Origin: a virus
Lineage: Duplodnaviria > Caudoviricetes
Reading direction: 5' to 3' (one strand)
DNA length: 64,000 nt
Virus record (IMG/VR): IMGVR_UViG_3300033072_001172
Location: 32,001 to 96,000 of that record
Both the position numbers and the translations under genes were made by a program. The notes under the pieces were generated by a model. That model did no database searches and was not told the DNA's origin. It saw nothing but the letters and a program-made list of their open reading frames with translations. Shown one piece after another: positions 43,069 to 52,558 of the stretch (the stretch's first letter is position 1; every line of letters begins with the position of its first letter).

Positions 43069-43613
43069 CCAAGCCTCCACAGCTTCGGGACGCCTATCGT
43101 TGTGCTCAGTCGGAAAAGTCCTTCAGGTGATGTTCGTTTGACGGTGACCCCGTTTCCTGCGTCTTCTGCGACGCCCGCGGTGTCCGGCACCGGCCAGAAG
43201 AAGCCACACCAGGCCATGGTCAGCATGGACGGTAGATCCGGGTCGCCGTCAATGAACATCACACTTAGCGTCGGGATCCTTCGGTCGGCTTCACGGTAGA
43301 TACTGCTGAGCAGCCCCGCCGACACGCGAAAACTGCTGCGCTGGGTGGCCTTGCATTCGACCATGAGAACCTGGTTGGTGATGTCTCCTTTGGTGCGGCC
43401 TGCCCCGCTTCTCGGTGTGCGTCTGACACCAGACCAGGAGGCAACCAGGTTCTCATGGAAATCAGCCAGCGCTTGCTGTCGCGTCCGGAGGATTGATCTT
43501 GGCAAGCTCTTCGTTGGCGGTTTTGTTGTTTCGGCGATCTCGTGGTTTAGTGCCGCCCCCAACGCTGTCCCGCGCAACCAGTCGGAATCTTGAAATCGCT
43601 TTTTCTTCGCCAT
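42987..43613 (-). CDS. Holliday junction resolvase (Hjc-like PD-(D/E)xK)
   Basis: HE..TPRSGAG..KGD..VECK; ATG 43613. Confidence 0.75.
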   Translation of the reverse strand: MAKKKRFQDSDWLRGTALGAALNHEIAETTKPPTKSLPRSILRTRQQALADFHENLVASWSGVRRTPRSGAGRTKGDITNQVLMVECKATQRSSFRVSAGLLSSIYREADRRIPTLSVMFIDGDPDLPSMLTMAWCGFFWPVPDTAGVAEDAGNGVTVKRTSPEGLFRLSTTIGVPKLWRLGWTKEWLTHCRSTRSSRESETSILPNT

Positions 43614-44895
43614 CACCTTGCTCCGGCGCATCCAACACCAGTTCATAGAACGGGTCGTAGTTGAACCGCTCCATGTCCAGGTAACTGCGGGAGTCGGCCG
43701 GCAGATAGTTGTAGAGCAGCACGTACCGCGCGACCAGCGAGAACGTCTCATTCTTACGGACGGCGTCCATCATGTCGTTGATCGTGGCGAACGGCAGCCC
43801 GAGAATATGGTACCCGTCACCGTCTTTACCCGCCATCTTCAACGCGTTCAACGCCTCCAGCACGCGTTTGGGTTCGTCGCTCTCACCGGATTGGTAGGAC
43901 GAGTAGGCCTTCGTGTACAGGCGCCAGTGTGCCTGGTTGTTCTCGTTTCCGCCCAGGCTGGCCTTGGCGATCTTTCCGGTAAAGTCCACGTAATGGGTGG
44001 AGGCATCAGCGACCTTCTTCTTGTCGATGCCTTCATTGGCCCGCGGGGACATCATGGCAACATGGGTGGTCAGTCCGTGGCGCAGGTACCAGCCGCCGGG
44101 AATCATCACTTTTGGTCCGTACATCACGCCGATGTTCGCCCGATACTGCTGAGTGCCCAGCACGGTGCAGCGGCGCTTGGTTTTGCCGCCGTCACGCATG
44201 TTCTCGTGCAGAATAGTCATCAGCAGGTTCTGGATCATCTTCGCCGAGTCACCGGGCATTTGCTGCCCGGCCAGGCGCCCTTCACGGGCCTCCGGAAACA
44301 TCGCCGCGTAGGAGTCCACAACCAGGAAGTCCAGAATGCCGTCCTGGATCATTTTGCGCACACTGTCTGCGACCATTTCGCCGGTATTGGGCTTCACCAG
44401 CATCAGGTGTTCGCTCAGCGGATCGGCGTCGTTGACCGGAAGACCGTGCTTGCCGGCCCACACCGCGTCGTACCGGTCCTCGGCGTCAATGTACAAACCG
44501 TTCATTGGCTGCATCTTCCCACAGCGACACGCTGTCCGGATTTCGCCGCTCTGGTAGTTGATGAAGTCAACGATTGGCGTGAAGCATTGGCGGCACGTAC
44601 GCAGCATCCTGGCAACCGTGCATAGCATCAGCGTGGTCTTTCCAGACGAGTCGGCCCCGGAGACCAGCGACATCTTTCCGTACGGGAAGCCGCCCATCAG
44701 GTTGAGATCCAGATCAAGGAACCCCGTGTAGAACTTGATCGATCCGGCCTTGATGCAGTCCGCGGCCGTCACATACCACTGACGGTTCTCGACGTTCTGC
44801 TGCACGTACTTTTTGATCGACGTCGTCTGTGCGGCGGACTTGGACTTGGTCGCCGGAGCGTCATCGCTCTGTCTGGTTTGTTTGCGCTTGGCCAT
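43462..44895 (-). CDS. recA: RecA-like recombinase with zinc-finger insertion
   Basis: LDLNLMGGFPYG, GADSSGKTT, YIDAE, LVVDS, QYRANIGVMYG..PGG. Confidence 0.9.
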   Translation of the reverse strand: MAKRKQTRQSDDAPATKSKSAAQTTSIKKYVQQNVENRQWYVTAADCIKAGSIKFYTGFLDLDLNLMGGFPYGKMSLVSGADSSGKTTLMLCTVARMLRTCRQCFTPIVDFINYQSGEIRTACRCGKMQPMNGLYIDAEDRYDAVWAGKHGLPVNDADPLSEHLMLVKPNTGEMVADSVRKMIQDGILDFLVVDSYAAMFPEAREGRLAGQQMPGDSAKMIQNLLMTILHENMRDGGKTKRRCTVLGTQQYRANIGVMYGPKVMIPGGWYLRHGLTTHVAMMSPRANEGIDKKKVADASTHYVDFTGKIAKASLGGNENNQAHWRLYTKAYSSYQSGESDEPKRVLEALNALKMAGKDGDGYHILGLPFATINDMMDAVRKNETFSLVARYVLLYNYLPADSRSYLDMERFNYDPFYELVLDAPEQGDGEEKAISRFRLVARDSVGGGTKPRDRRNNKTANEELAKINPPDATASAG

Positions 44896-44929
44896 GGTTG
44901 TTTGTTTATTCCCGGTAGGTGAAACTAGC

Positions 44930-44978
44930 AACAGAAGAATGGTGCGGGTGGCTCAGGCGAACCGAGCCACCCGCACCA
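44930..44978 (-). terminator. Long hairpin plus U-rich tract; contains copy 2 of the 25-nt element
   Basis: 15-bp stem at 44940-44978 followed by TTCTTCTGTT on the - strand. Confidence 0.7.
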
Positions 44979-44982
44979 CGTG

Positions 44983-45756
44983 TTACTTGACCATCGCGCG
45001 GTACTCGTCCTTGATCTCAACACCGGGGCAACCGCCCAGGCCCAGAATGACAGCGTCCTTGACGGTGTCGCGGCGGCGCAGGTTCTCCGGCAGGTCCAGC
45101 GGCTTCACCTTCACCATCAAGGTGCCGTCGGCCTGCACCTGAATCAGCGGGTTCCTGACGCCGAGCTTTTCCAGCGAGGCCTTCACCGTGTCCGCGTCCG
45201 CAACCCAGTTGCAGTAGTCACCGGGCACCTGGTTGATGTCGATGACCTTGACCACACGACGCGTCGTGTAGTTGAGGTCGTGGCCGCCCTTGCTGATGGC
45301 GTGCGTCGCCGCGTCAGACGCTTTCGGCATGAAAACAGGCTCGCCATCCGCGGTGTCCGGTGCCGCCACCTTGTTCGCGGCTTCGATCTGGGCCGTCGTG
45401 TATGCGCTGATGGCATCACGTGCTTCGTCGTCGATGCGGTCCAGTTCGCGGTTGGCGTCCTTGAACGGTTCGACGGCCGACTTGTACTCGTCCTTGGCCT
45501 TGGCGAGTTCGGCCTCCAGTTTCTTCACACCGGGCTTGTGCTTCTCGTCGAGCGCGCCGATGGCCTTCTTCAAACGGCCCTTGAGATCCTTCACGAGCAC
45601 GGCGACCTTCAGAAAGGACTCCTTATCCTTGTCGGAGGTCATCTCGTTGACGGAAACGTTCTTGAGCGTTTCCGTCAGGGCTTCCACTTCCGATTTCTTG
45701 AACGATTCGGCCTTGTTGGACAAGATCGTCATTGCCTTCTTGATGTCTGTTGCCAT
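44983..45756 (-). CDS. Coiled-coil protein, Siphovirus Gp157/Gam-like
   Basis: AGGAG RBS; long coiled coil; VIDINQVPGDY and CPGVEI. Confidence 0.55.
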   Translation of the reverse strand: MATDIKKAMTILSNKAESFKKSEVEALTETLKNVSVNEMTSDKDKESFLKVAVLVKDLKGRLKKAIGALDEKHKPGVKKLEAELAKAKDEYKSAVEPFKDANRELDRIDDEARDAISAYTTAQIEAANKVAAPDTADGEPVFMPKASDAATHAISKGGHDLNYTTRRVVKVIDINQVPGDYCNWVADADTVKASLEKLGVRNPLIQVQADGTLMVKVKPLDLPENLRRRDTVKDAVILGLGGCPGVEIKDEYRAMVK

Positions 45757-45759
45757 GCG

Positions 45760-46125
45760 TTACTCCTGAAAGTGGTCATCGTCCAGTGAGACTGTCGGGG
45801 CCGCCGGTTCTGGTATGACCACAGCCACCAGACCCATCTTCTTGGCCTCCTGTTTGATCACGTCGCGAATCATGCTGCCGAGATCCGCGAAGCCGGCACG
45901 AATTGCGTTACGTACGTCCACCCCTGGCGTGATGTTGATGCGCAGATCGAGCCCGGTCTCCAACGATGAGTACATGTTGGTCTGTGCTCCGTTGTCCGCC
46001 TGGGCGAACAATGCCGATCGTACGTTATACCGAAGGGTTACTGCGGTTACCTGTGAGCTGGGTGACTTGCCAGCGGTAGATGGCGCTGTTGATTGTTTCG
46101 GTTTGTCTGCCACTTTGTCCTCCAA
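45760..46125 (-). CDS. Hypothetical protein
   Basis: 121 aa; fills the operon; start uncertain. Confidence 0.6.
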   Translation of the reverse strand: MEDKVADKPKQSTAPSTAGKSPSSQVTAVTLRYNVRSALFAQADNGAQTNMYSSLETGLDLRINITPGVDVRNAIRAGFADLGSMIRDVIKQEAKKMGLVAVVIPEPAAPTVSLDDDHFQE

Positions 46126-47542
46126 TCTTTCCTCGGTACCACGGACACTGGTTGTGCACGATGCATTTCTCTTTCAGCGGAAGCAGCGCCATGAAGTACG
46201 CAGCCAACATGCGGTCTTTCGGAGACGTCAGGTCGTCGACAAGAACCACAACCTCCGGCGGGTTCTTGCCTGGAAGGGCCCGTTGGACACGCCCGATGAC
46301 CTGCCGCGGGTCCAGCATCGGCAACGCCATCAGCAGGTAATCCTTGTTGGGATCGTCGTAACCAACGCCGGCCTTCCCCACCGTGGTGAACACAACGGCG
46401 TCCGGGTCGTTCAGATAGCGTTCATCCTGCAGTACTTCCGCGGCGGATCTGCCGGTCTCCTTGACTCGTTTTCCTCCAATCGAAGGATCACCGGTATACA
46501 CGGCGGTTTTGATATCAGGACGCACGCTCGTGAAAACCGTCCAGAGCAACCGCAACTGCACGATGCTCTTGCTGATGACGATGATCCGGCGCTTACGGGC
46601 CACCGCGTCCAACAACAGTTCTATGAGCTTTGTGTTTCGTGGCGCGTACAACGCCAGGGAGTGGTCGATTCTTATCGGGTCGACGGCGTTCAGCGCATCC
46701 TGCATGGCTTTGTCGCGGTAGGTAAACGGGACGTAACGTACCGTCACAGGCAGCTGATCGGTGTCGAGCGTGACCGTGGTGTGGGCCAACGGCCAGCGAA
46801 ACAACGGGTCCATCCTATCGAACCGGTCGCCCGTCGCGGTCAATGCCAATGAGTGCTTGAAGTTGACATTGAACATGGCACGGCTGAACACGTTGGTGGC
46901 CGCCATGTGCGCCTCGTCCAAAATCAACAACGAGAACTTCCTGTCTATGCGGTCGGCCGCCAACAGCTGCAGTGACGCGACAACAACGTCCCCGGTCAGG
47001 TCCTTTTTCGCGGACCCACAGTACTTGGTTACTCTGGCGCCGGGCAAAAACCGTTTGAGCTGTGCACACCACTGCTTGAGCAGCGTCTGGTTCGGAACGA
47101 TCACTAGCGAGCTGCCGCCCAGGGCGGCGATCACATAGATGGCTGAGATGGTCTTACCGGACCCGCAGGGGGCCGAGGCGAAGACACCTTTCTTCTTTCT
47201 GACGAGTTCGGCCAGCTGCGGAGTCGACACACAACCTGACTTGGGGGCAAGTTGGTGCGGCCGCAGCTGGCCGGCAAACGTCCACTTTTTCGGCTTTTCT
47301 GTGAGCTCCGTGTTTACCAGATACGGACGCACCCGGTCAAGCAGGTGCTTGACCACGTAGTACTTCGGGAGCTCAATCGTCGTCAGGTCTCTGCTGAAGC
47401 GGTATGCCTTGACTGACTTCGCTGCATCACGCTTGTTGTGCACCAGCAATGTCTTTTCAATGTGCGCGAGCTCAGCCTTAGTCAGTATCGACACCGGCAC
47501 CTCAACCACGCCGCGGACGATCACCTTCGGTTTCTCCGGCAT
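46025..47542 (-). CDS. Superfamily 2 DEAH helicase (UvsW/XPB-like)
   Basis: LRPHQ, APCGSGKT, LDEAH, LTAT, GVGYDDP, QVIGRVQR; AGGAG RBS. Confidence 0.92.
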   Translation of the reverse strand: MPEKPKVIVRGVVEVPVSILTKAELAHIEKTLLVHNKRDAAKSVKAYRFSRDLTTIELPKYYVVKHLLDRVRPYLVNTELTEKPKKWTFAGQLRPHQLAPKSGCVSTPQLAELVRKKKGVFASAPCGSGKTISAIYVIAALGGSSLVIVPNQTLLKQWCAQLKRFLPGARVTKYCGSAKKDLTGDVVVASLQLLAADRIDRKFSLLILDEAHMAATNVFSRAMFNVNFKHSLALTATGDRFDRMDPLFRWPLAHTTVTLDTDQLPVTVRYVPFTYRDKAMQDALNAVDPIRIDHSLALYAPRNTKLIELLLDAVARKRRIIVISKSIVQLRLLWTVFTSVRPDIKTAVYTGDPSIGGKRVKETGRSAAEVLQDERYLNDPDAVVFTTVGKAGVGYDDPNKDYLLMALPMLDPRQVIGRVQRALPGKNPPEVVVLVDDLTSPKDRMLAAYFMALLPLKEKCIVHNQCPWYRGKIGGQSGRQTETINSAIYRWQVTQLTGNRSNPSV

Positions 47543-47550
47543 GGTCTCTC

Positions 47551-49959
47551 CTAGTTACGTGTCACCGCGACTTCCTCTGCCGTCAGCACGTACGATTTGT
47601 GAATGTCGATCGACGGCAGCTTCGGTATGTACTTGCGGCACTTCTCCAACACGTCAGGCGTCAGGTACTTCAGCCCGGCGTTCATCTCCGGCAAAACCTC
47701 TTCCATGACGGGTTTCCCGTTTTCGCCCATGATCGGCTTGCCGTTTTCGTCGCGCTTCTCACGCTTGCCGTTCTTGCCCTCGGACCAGCGGTTGACAATG
47801 TGCACGTCCGCCAGGATCGGGCACGGTGTGTCGAACCACGGGTATTCCATGCAGTACTTGAGCAGCTGAGCCACAAAGACCGCAACGTCCTCGCGAACCT
47901 CCACCACGACTTCATCGTGCACCTGCATGGTTGGGAACACGGCATCCTCGAAATCAGGATGGAGCACAACCCACTGCCAGAAGGCCCGAAGCGCGATCTT
48001 GAATACGTCCGCGGCAGATCCCTGAACCAGTGTGTTCAGGATGTTGCCTTTGGACACCTTGGTGTCTGTGCGGAATTGTTCGCCGGTGTTGGCGTCGTAC
48101 ACGTAGTCGAAACGGTCCCAGTGACGGTGCCGGCCGGAAAACGGAATGCGCCAGGAACGAATCTTGTCGTAGCGCCACAGCGCCCCAAGATGCTCCAGCA
48201 TCGCCATCACCGCGCGATACTTCTCGAAGAACGCTGTTCGGATTGCCTCCGCGACATCAAAGGCCAGCAGGTACAGCAGGGCGAACGAAACCGAACTCTG
48301 ACCGTAAAGAAGCGCAAAATTCGCGACCTTGGCGTGTTCGCGCGTGACGTCAAACGGGCAAATCTCCTGCAGGCCCTTTTGGGTCACATCGTGGATGTCA
48401 CCGACCGTGTAGTCTCTGGTGCCGTCCGGGCGCGTGACGTACCGGTTGAATGTTTCCAGCATCACCGGTTCATCGCACACAGTGGCACCGACACGCAATT
48501 CGATCTGGCTCAGGTCAGCCACAATCAGGACGAAGCCTGGTCGGGCGACAAACGCTTCTCGGATCTTTTTGCCTACAGGTGACCGACTGGGGATGTTCTG
48601 CAGGTTTGGACCTGAACTACTGAAGCGGCCAGTATCGGTACCGGAACTGCGGAAGAACGCGTGCAGTCGTCCCTTCACGTTGCTCAGTTTCTTCGTGTAG
48701 GTCCCGCGCAACTTCACCAGGGCCCGGTACTCAAGGATCTTCTGCGCCAGCGGATGCTTGGTGTACTGCAGGACTCGCTTGCTGGTTTTGAACCACGGGG
48801 CCAGCGTCGGGTCGGCTGCCCGTTTCTTGGCTGACTCGGCTGACTCCTCAATGGTCACATACTGCGGATCAGGGAAGGCGCCAATCAGGTTGTGCAGCAC
48901 CGCCGACACTTCGTGCAAGGACTGCAGGTTGAACACCAGCCGGTCCTGCCCGGCTTTTTCGCCGGCCAGTTTGTAGCACTCTTCCTGTACACGCTCGATT
49001 TCCGGGACGAACTGCTGGTCGAGTTTCGTCAGCATGGCGTGATCGAGCTCAACGCCGTTCAGCTCCATGTCGGTGGCCAGGTTTCGGCAGGCCATTTCCA
49101 CACGTGCCCACTTGTCCAGGCCAAGCTGTACCAGTTTCTTCCTGAACAACCAGAACAACCGCAAGGTAACCGAGGCGTCGTCCAGCGCATACTGAACGAA
49201 CATGGCCTGCAGGGCCGGTGTGATCTTGTCGTGCTCGCGCTTGTAGTACGCGAGCCGGCGCAACATGGCCTGCCTGGCGCGAGGAAAGTCGTAGCGGTAG
49301 CTCTTGTACTGTTCGGTCAACTGCGCGTTGAACGACCGTTTCTCGGCCGGCGGCATTGTAGCATCCGCCTTAACGGCGGCGCGGGCAATGCCATGCTCCA
49401 TGCGGAGGAATCGCTTGAAACGCGCTTCATGTCGTTTGGCCAAACGCTCCCAGTTCTTTTTCAGCGAGAGAGCGCGCTTTTCGAGGGCCTTGCGCCGGAG
49501 AGCCAGGGGGCCCGACACAAAGATTTCGTCCAGCGTTTTCATCTTGTGGCCAAGGTAGTGCTGGGCCAGAGATTTCAAACTGAACGGCTTGCCGTACTTG
49601 CGCGCCCCTCGGTTGTCGACCAACCACGCAAGCACCATGGTGTCGAGAATGGTCGCTTTGACTTTGCGGAAGCGGCAGATGAACCGGTGCACAATCTTGC
49701 AGTCAAAGCTGCTGTTGTGCATGACCACCTTCAGTGTCGGGTCCGTGAAAATCCCGCGAAGGTATTCATGCACCATCTTGGTTGGTCGTAACGCGATCGA
49801 GTGAATGCCGGCGCCTTTACCGGCGGACAACGTGTACAAAAGAGGCGTACAGGTGAACGCGTTCTTACCGGTGGTTTCACAGTCAAAGGTGACTACCCCG
49901 CCGGCGTCATGCGCGAGTTTGAGAAACGCTACCGGATCCAGTTTGTTCTTGTGTGACAT
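47551..49959 (-). CDS. polA: Family A DNA polymerase (3'-5' exonuclease plus polymerase; no 5'-3' exonuclease)
   Basis: TFDCET, HNSSFD, YALDD; TGRFSSSGPNLQNIP, ADLSQIELR, AKVANFALLYG, VQGSAAD, QVHDE. Confidence 0.96.
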   Translation of the reverse strand: MSHKNKLDPVAFLKLAHDAGGVVTFDCETTGKNAFTCTPLLYTLSAGKGAGIHSIALRPTKMVHEYLRGIFTDPTLKVVMHNSSFDCKIVHRFICRFRKVKATILDTMVLAWLVDNRGARKYGKPFSLKSLAQHYLGHKMKTLDEIFVSGPLALRRKALEKRALSLKKNWERLAKRHEARFKRFLRMEHGIARAAVKADATMPPAEKRSFNAQLTEQYKSYRYDFPRARQAMLRRLAYYKREHDKITPALQAMFVQYALDDASVTLRLFWLFRKKLVQLGLDKWARVEMACRNLATDMELNGVELDHAMLTKLDQQFVPEIERVQEECYKLAGEKAGQDRLVFNLQSLHEVSAVLHNLIGAFPDPQYVTIEESAESAKKRAADPTLAPWFKTSKRVLQYTKHPLAQKILEYRALVKLRGTYTKKLSNVKGRLHAFFRSSGTDTGRFSSSGPNLQNIPSRSPVGKKIREAFVARPGFVLIVADLSQIELRVGATVCDEPVMLETFNRYVTRPDGTRDYTVGDIHDVTQKGLQEICPFDVTREHAKVANFALLYGQSSVSFALLYLLAFDVAEAIRTAFFEKYRAVMAMLEHLGALWRYDKIRSWRIPFSGRHRHWDRFDYVYDANTGEQFRTDTKVSKGNILNTLVQGSAADVFKIALRAFWQWVVLHPDFEDAVFPTMQVHDEVVVEVREDVAVFVAQLLKYCMEYPWFDTPCPILADVHIVNRWSEGKNGKREKRDENGKPIMGENGKPVMEEVLPEMNAGLKYLTPDVLEKCRKYIPKLPSIDIHKSYVLTAEEVAVTRN

Positions 49960-49983
49960 CACCGCTCCGGTTCAGGGACGATT

Positions 49984-50016
49984 CGGCGGTGGACCAGTTG
50001 ACCTGATCCACCGCCG
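49984..50016 (-). other. Intergenic hairpin without a U-tract
   Basis: CGGCGGTGGACCAG-ttgac-CTGATCCACCGCCG (read on +). Confidence 0.65.
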
Positions 50017-50030
50017 TCATTCTCACGTAC

Positions 50031-51545
50031 TTACTTCTTGGCGGCCTTGCCTGCCGCCGCCTTGGCGGGTGCCTTGGTCGCCGCTTTGGCCGGTGCCTTG
50101 GTCGTCGCCTTGGCCGCCGGTTTGGCGGTTGCTGCCGGCTTGGTCGCCGTCTTCGTTGCGGTGGTCTTGGCCGCCGGTTTCTCTTCGTCGACGTAGTCGA
50201 ACGCCGAGACGTTGCCTTCGAGATCGACCACGGGTTCTTCCTGCATTGCGTCTTCCGTGGCAGCCTCACCTTCGTCCGCTGCCTCCTCGACGACCTCGTC
50301 GGAAGGCTCTTCCTCCGCGGCTTCCTCGGTGGCTTCTTCGGTGGCTTCCTCTTCCGCGGATTCTTCTTCTTCTTCCTCGGCGACTTCTTCCGTGGTCTCT
50401 TCGGCCGCGGCTTCCGTCGTCGCCCCTTCATCAGCGTCAAAGGTCGGCTCGGCGTTGTCGCCGTCAGCACTTTCCAGGCTGACCTCGGTGCCGTCGTCGA
50501 AGTCGGAGCCGTCATCCGTGATGGCGCCGGCGTCGTCCGTGATCAGGGCACCGTCGGACCCGATGATCTTCACAGCCTTCGGGAAACGACGATCGAACTC
50601 CGGGTGTGCCTGCAGAATGGAGAAATGCGTCTGCAGCACCAGGCGCTGCTTGTCCGCGGTCGCCGGCGGGTAGGCCTCGTCAATGGTGGCCGCGTACATC
50701 TTGGTCTTGCCCTGCTTCTTGTCTTCGTCCGTCAGTACACGGTTCGACAACCGCGCGATCTGCTCGAACAGCTTGGTCGGTTCCATGTACCGCGGAATCA
50801 TGCTGCCGTCGCCCTTGTCTGTCGTGAGCAACTGCCAGCGTCCGAGGTATTCGCCACGCTCCGAGGACTTGACGACCTCAAAGTGGGCGCCGACCAGGCC
50901 GGTCTGCTTGGTGGTGAAGAACTTCATGTTGGCCGCCTTTTCGATCTCGGCCAGTACCGGGTCGCCGCCCGGGATCTCGACGAAACGGTAATCGTAGCGG
51001 TACTCGCTGACAGGACGGCCGTTGACCATGCGGACCACCGGTTCGCCCTTGGCGTTGAGCAGCGGTGTTTTCTGCACCACGGGGATGATCGTCCAGGTTT
51101 CGGGCTCCAGGAACGTTTCCGCGTACAGGTCGGTGGCACGCGGATCGTCCGCACGGTACATCATCCCGTTCTGGACGCCCACACGGTAACGCATGCTGCG
51201 GTGCAGACGGTCCAGGCAGAAGGGCGGACGGTTGGTCAGCTGCTTGACGCCGCACGCTGTACGGTACATGTACATGATCACCGGGTTCCCGGCGATGATC
51301 AGTGTGTGCTTGGCGTCTTTCGAGATGAACCAGCGCGCGTACTCACGCTTGTCGGATCCCGGGTACACCAGCTTGGTGTCGCTGGTGCGCATGCCCTCGG
51401 ACTTCTTGGCCATGCTCAATGCGGCCACGGCGTTGCCGGTAGCCTGGTTCATCAGCTGGGCGATGGTGATTTTCGGCGTGTTGGCCCCCGCCTTCCCGCC
51501 TGCAGCAGCGCCAGCAGTCGATCCCTGAGAGTTGTTTTTTGCCAT
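50031..51545 (-). CDS. Putative single-stranded DNA-binding protein with acidic region and basic PAK tail
   Basis: Lies between primase and polymerase; strong codon bias; long Glu/Asp tract followed by KPAAKATTKAPAK repeats. Confidence 0.55.
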   Translation of the reverse strand: MAKNNSQGSTAGAAAGGKAGANTPKITIAQLMNQATGNAVAALSMAKKSEGMRTSDTKLVYPGSDKREYARWFISKDAKHTLIIAGNPVIMYMYRTACGVKQLTNRPPFCLDRLHRSMRYRVGVQNGMMYRADDPRATDLYAETFLEPETWTIIPVVQKTPLLNAKGEPVVRMVNGRPVSEYRYDYRFVEIPGGDPVLAEIEKAANMKFFTTKQTGLVGAHFEVVKSSERGEYLGRWQLLTTDKGDGSMIPRYMEPTKLFEQIARLSNRVLTDEDKKQGKTKMYAATIDEAYPPATADKQRLVLQTHFSILQAHPEFDRRFPKAVKIIGSDGALITDDAGAITDDGSDFDDGTEVSLESADGDNAEPTFDADEGATTEAAAEETTEEVAEEEEEESAEEEATEEATEEAAEEEPSDEVVEEAADEGEAATEDAMQEEPVVDLEGNVSAFDYVDEEKPAAKTTATKTATKPAATAKPAAKATTKAPAKAATKAPAKAAAGKAAKK

Positions 51546-52558
51546 TGGGTTTCCCTGTCGTTCAGTGCCTTAAGAAAGTCAGACAGCGTCAGTTGCTTCG
51601 GGTCCTTCGGTACTGTGCAAATCCGCACGTCGATGTCCGGATTCATGTCCAGGAACAATTCATCCACCGAACGTTTGGCGCCCGCCCGGCCGGCTGAATC
51701 CGGATCCAGAACGAAATACACTGTTTTTCGTGGATGACCTGGCGGCGTCTTGGCGTACGCGGCGAACAAGCGCATCTGTGGCTCGGATACTTTTGCCCCC
51801 ATCAGCGCAACAACGTTGCGCAACCCAACGTCGTAAGCGTGCATGCAGTCCAGCGGACCTTCGAAGACGATCAGACCTTTACCTGTGAATCGCCAGAGAC
51901 GGCGACCGTCAGCGGTGTCTTTGGTCTGAAAGTTAAGAAGATGTTCGCCGAAGAGGTGATGGGCCTTGCTGGTGTGGGGGTAGAACGAAAAGTACTTACC
52001 GCCGTCACCGCCCTCGTTCACAAACTGCCGGGCTTGCGCGCCGACAATCACCTGCTCACGGTTGATAATGGGGAACAGGATCAGTCCCTGTTTCGTGTCG
52101 ACTCCTACTTTGAAAGCGTCAATGGTTTCGGTCTTGGTTACGCCTTTGGAACGCAGAAAGTCAGTTGGAACCTGCTTCGGTTTTCGGTATCGGTTTAGGT
52201 AGTCGGTTGTTACGTCAGTGGGAAGGTATACCCACGGCTTGAACACGCGTCCAGCGTTTTCATCCAGATTTCTGGCGCGGTCAACGGCGCGTGCGTACCT
52301 GCCATTCGCCATCAAGTTCAATGTCTCGACGGCCGTAACCAAGGGTGTCGTGATCGGTGTGCAGGTCCAGCAGCCAAGGACGGGCCTGGCTGTCCGTAGC
52401 GACACCCAGCCCGACGGCTTCTTGTCCTGACTGTTTGCGTGCTCTGCCTTGTATGGCGCGAACGGGCATCGGAAGTGAATGTACTCCCCGGTTGAGGAGC
52501 GTCTGATCCGATCCGCGCCAACCATGCGGAGCAGCTCTTCAGCCTCATCCGGTGTCAT
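51452..52558 (-). CDS. DNA primase (zinc finger plus TOPRIM)
   Basis: CPF..H..CWTC; FEGPLD, VALMG, LDPDSAG. Confidence 0.92.
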   Translation of the reverse strand: MTPDEAEELLRMVGADRIRRSSTGEYIHFRCPFAPYKAEHANSQDKKPSGWVSLRTARPVLGCWTCTPITTPLVTAVETLNLMANGRYARAVDRARNLDENAGRVFKPWVYLPTDVTTDYLNRYRKPKQVPTDFLRSKGVTKTETIDAFKVGVDTKQGLILFPIINREQVIVGAQARQFVNEGGDGGKYFSFYPHTSKAHHLFGEHLLNFQTKDTADGRRLWRFTGKGLIVFEGPLDCMHAYDVGLRNVVALMGAKVSEPQMRLFAAYAKTPPGHPRKTVYFVLDPDSAGRAGAKRSVDELFLDMNPDIDVRICTVPKDPKQLTLSDFLKALNDRETQWQKTTLRDRLLALLQAGRRGPTRRKSPSPS

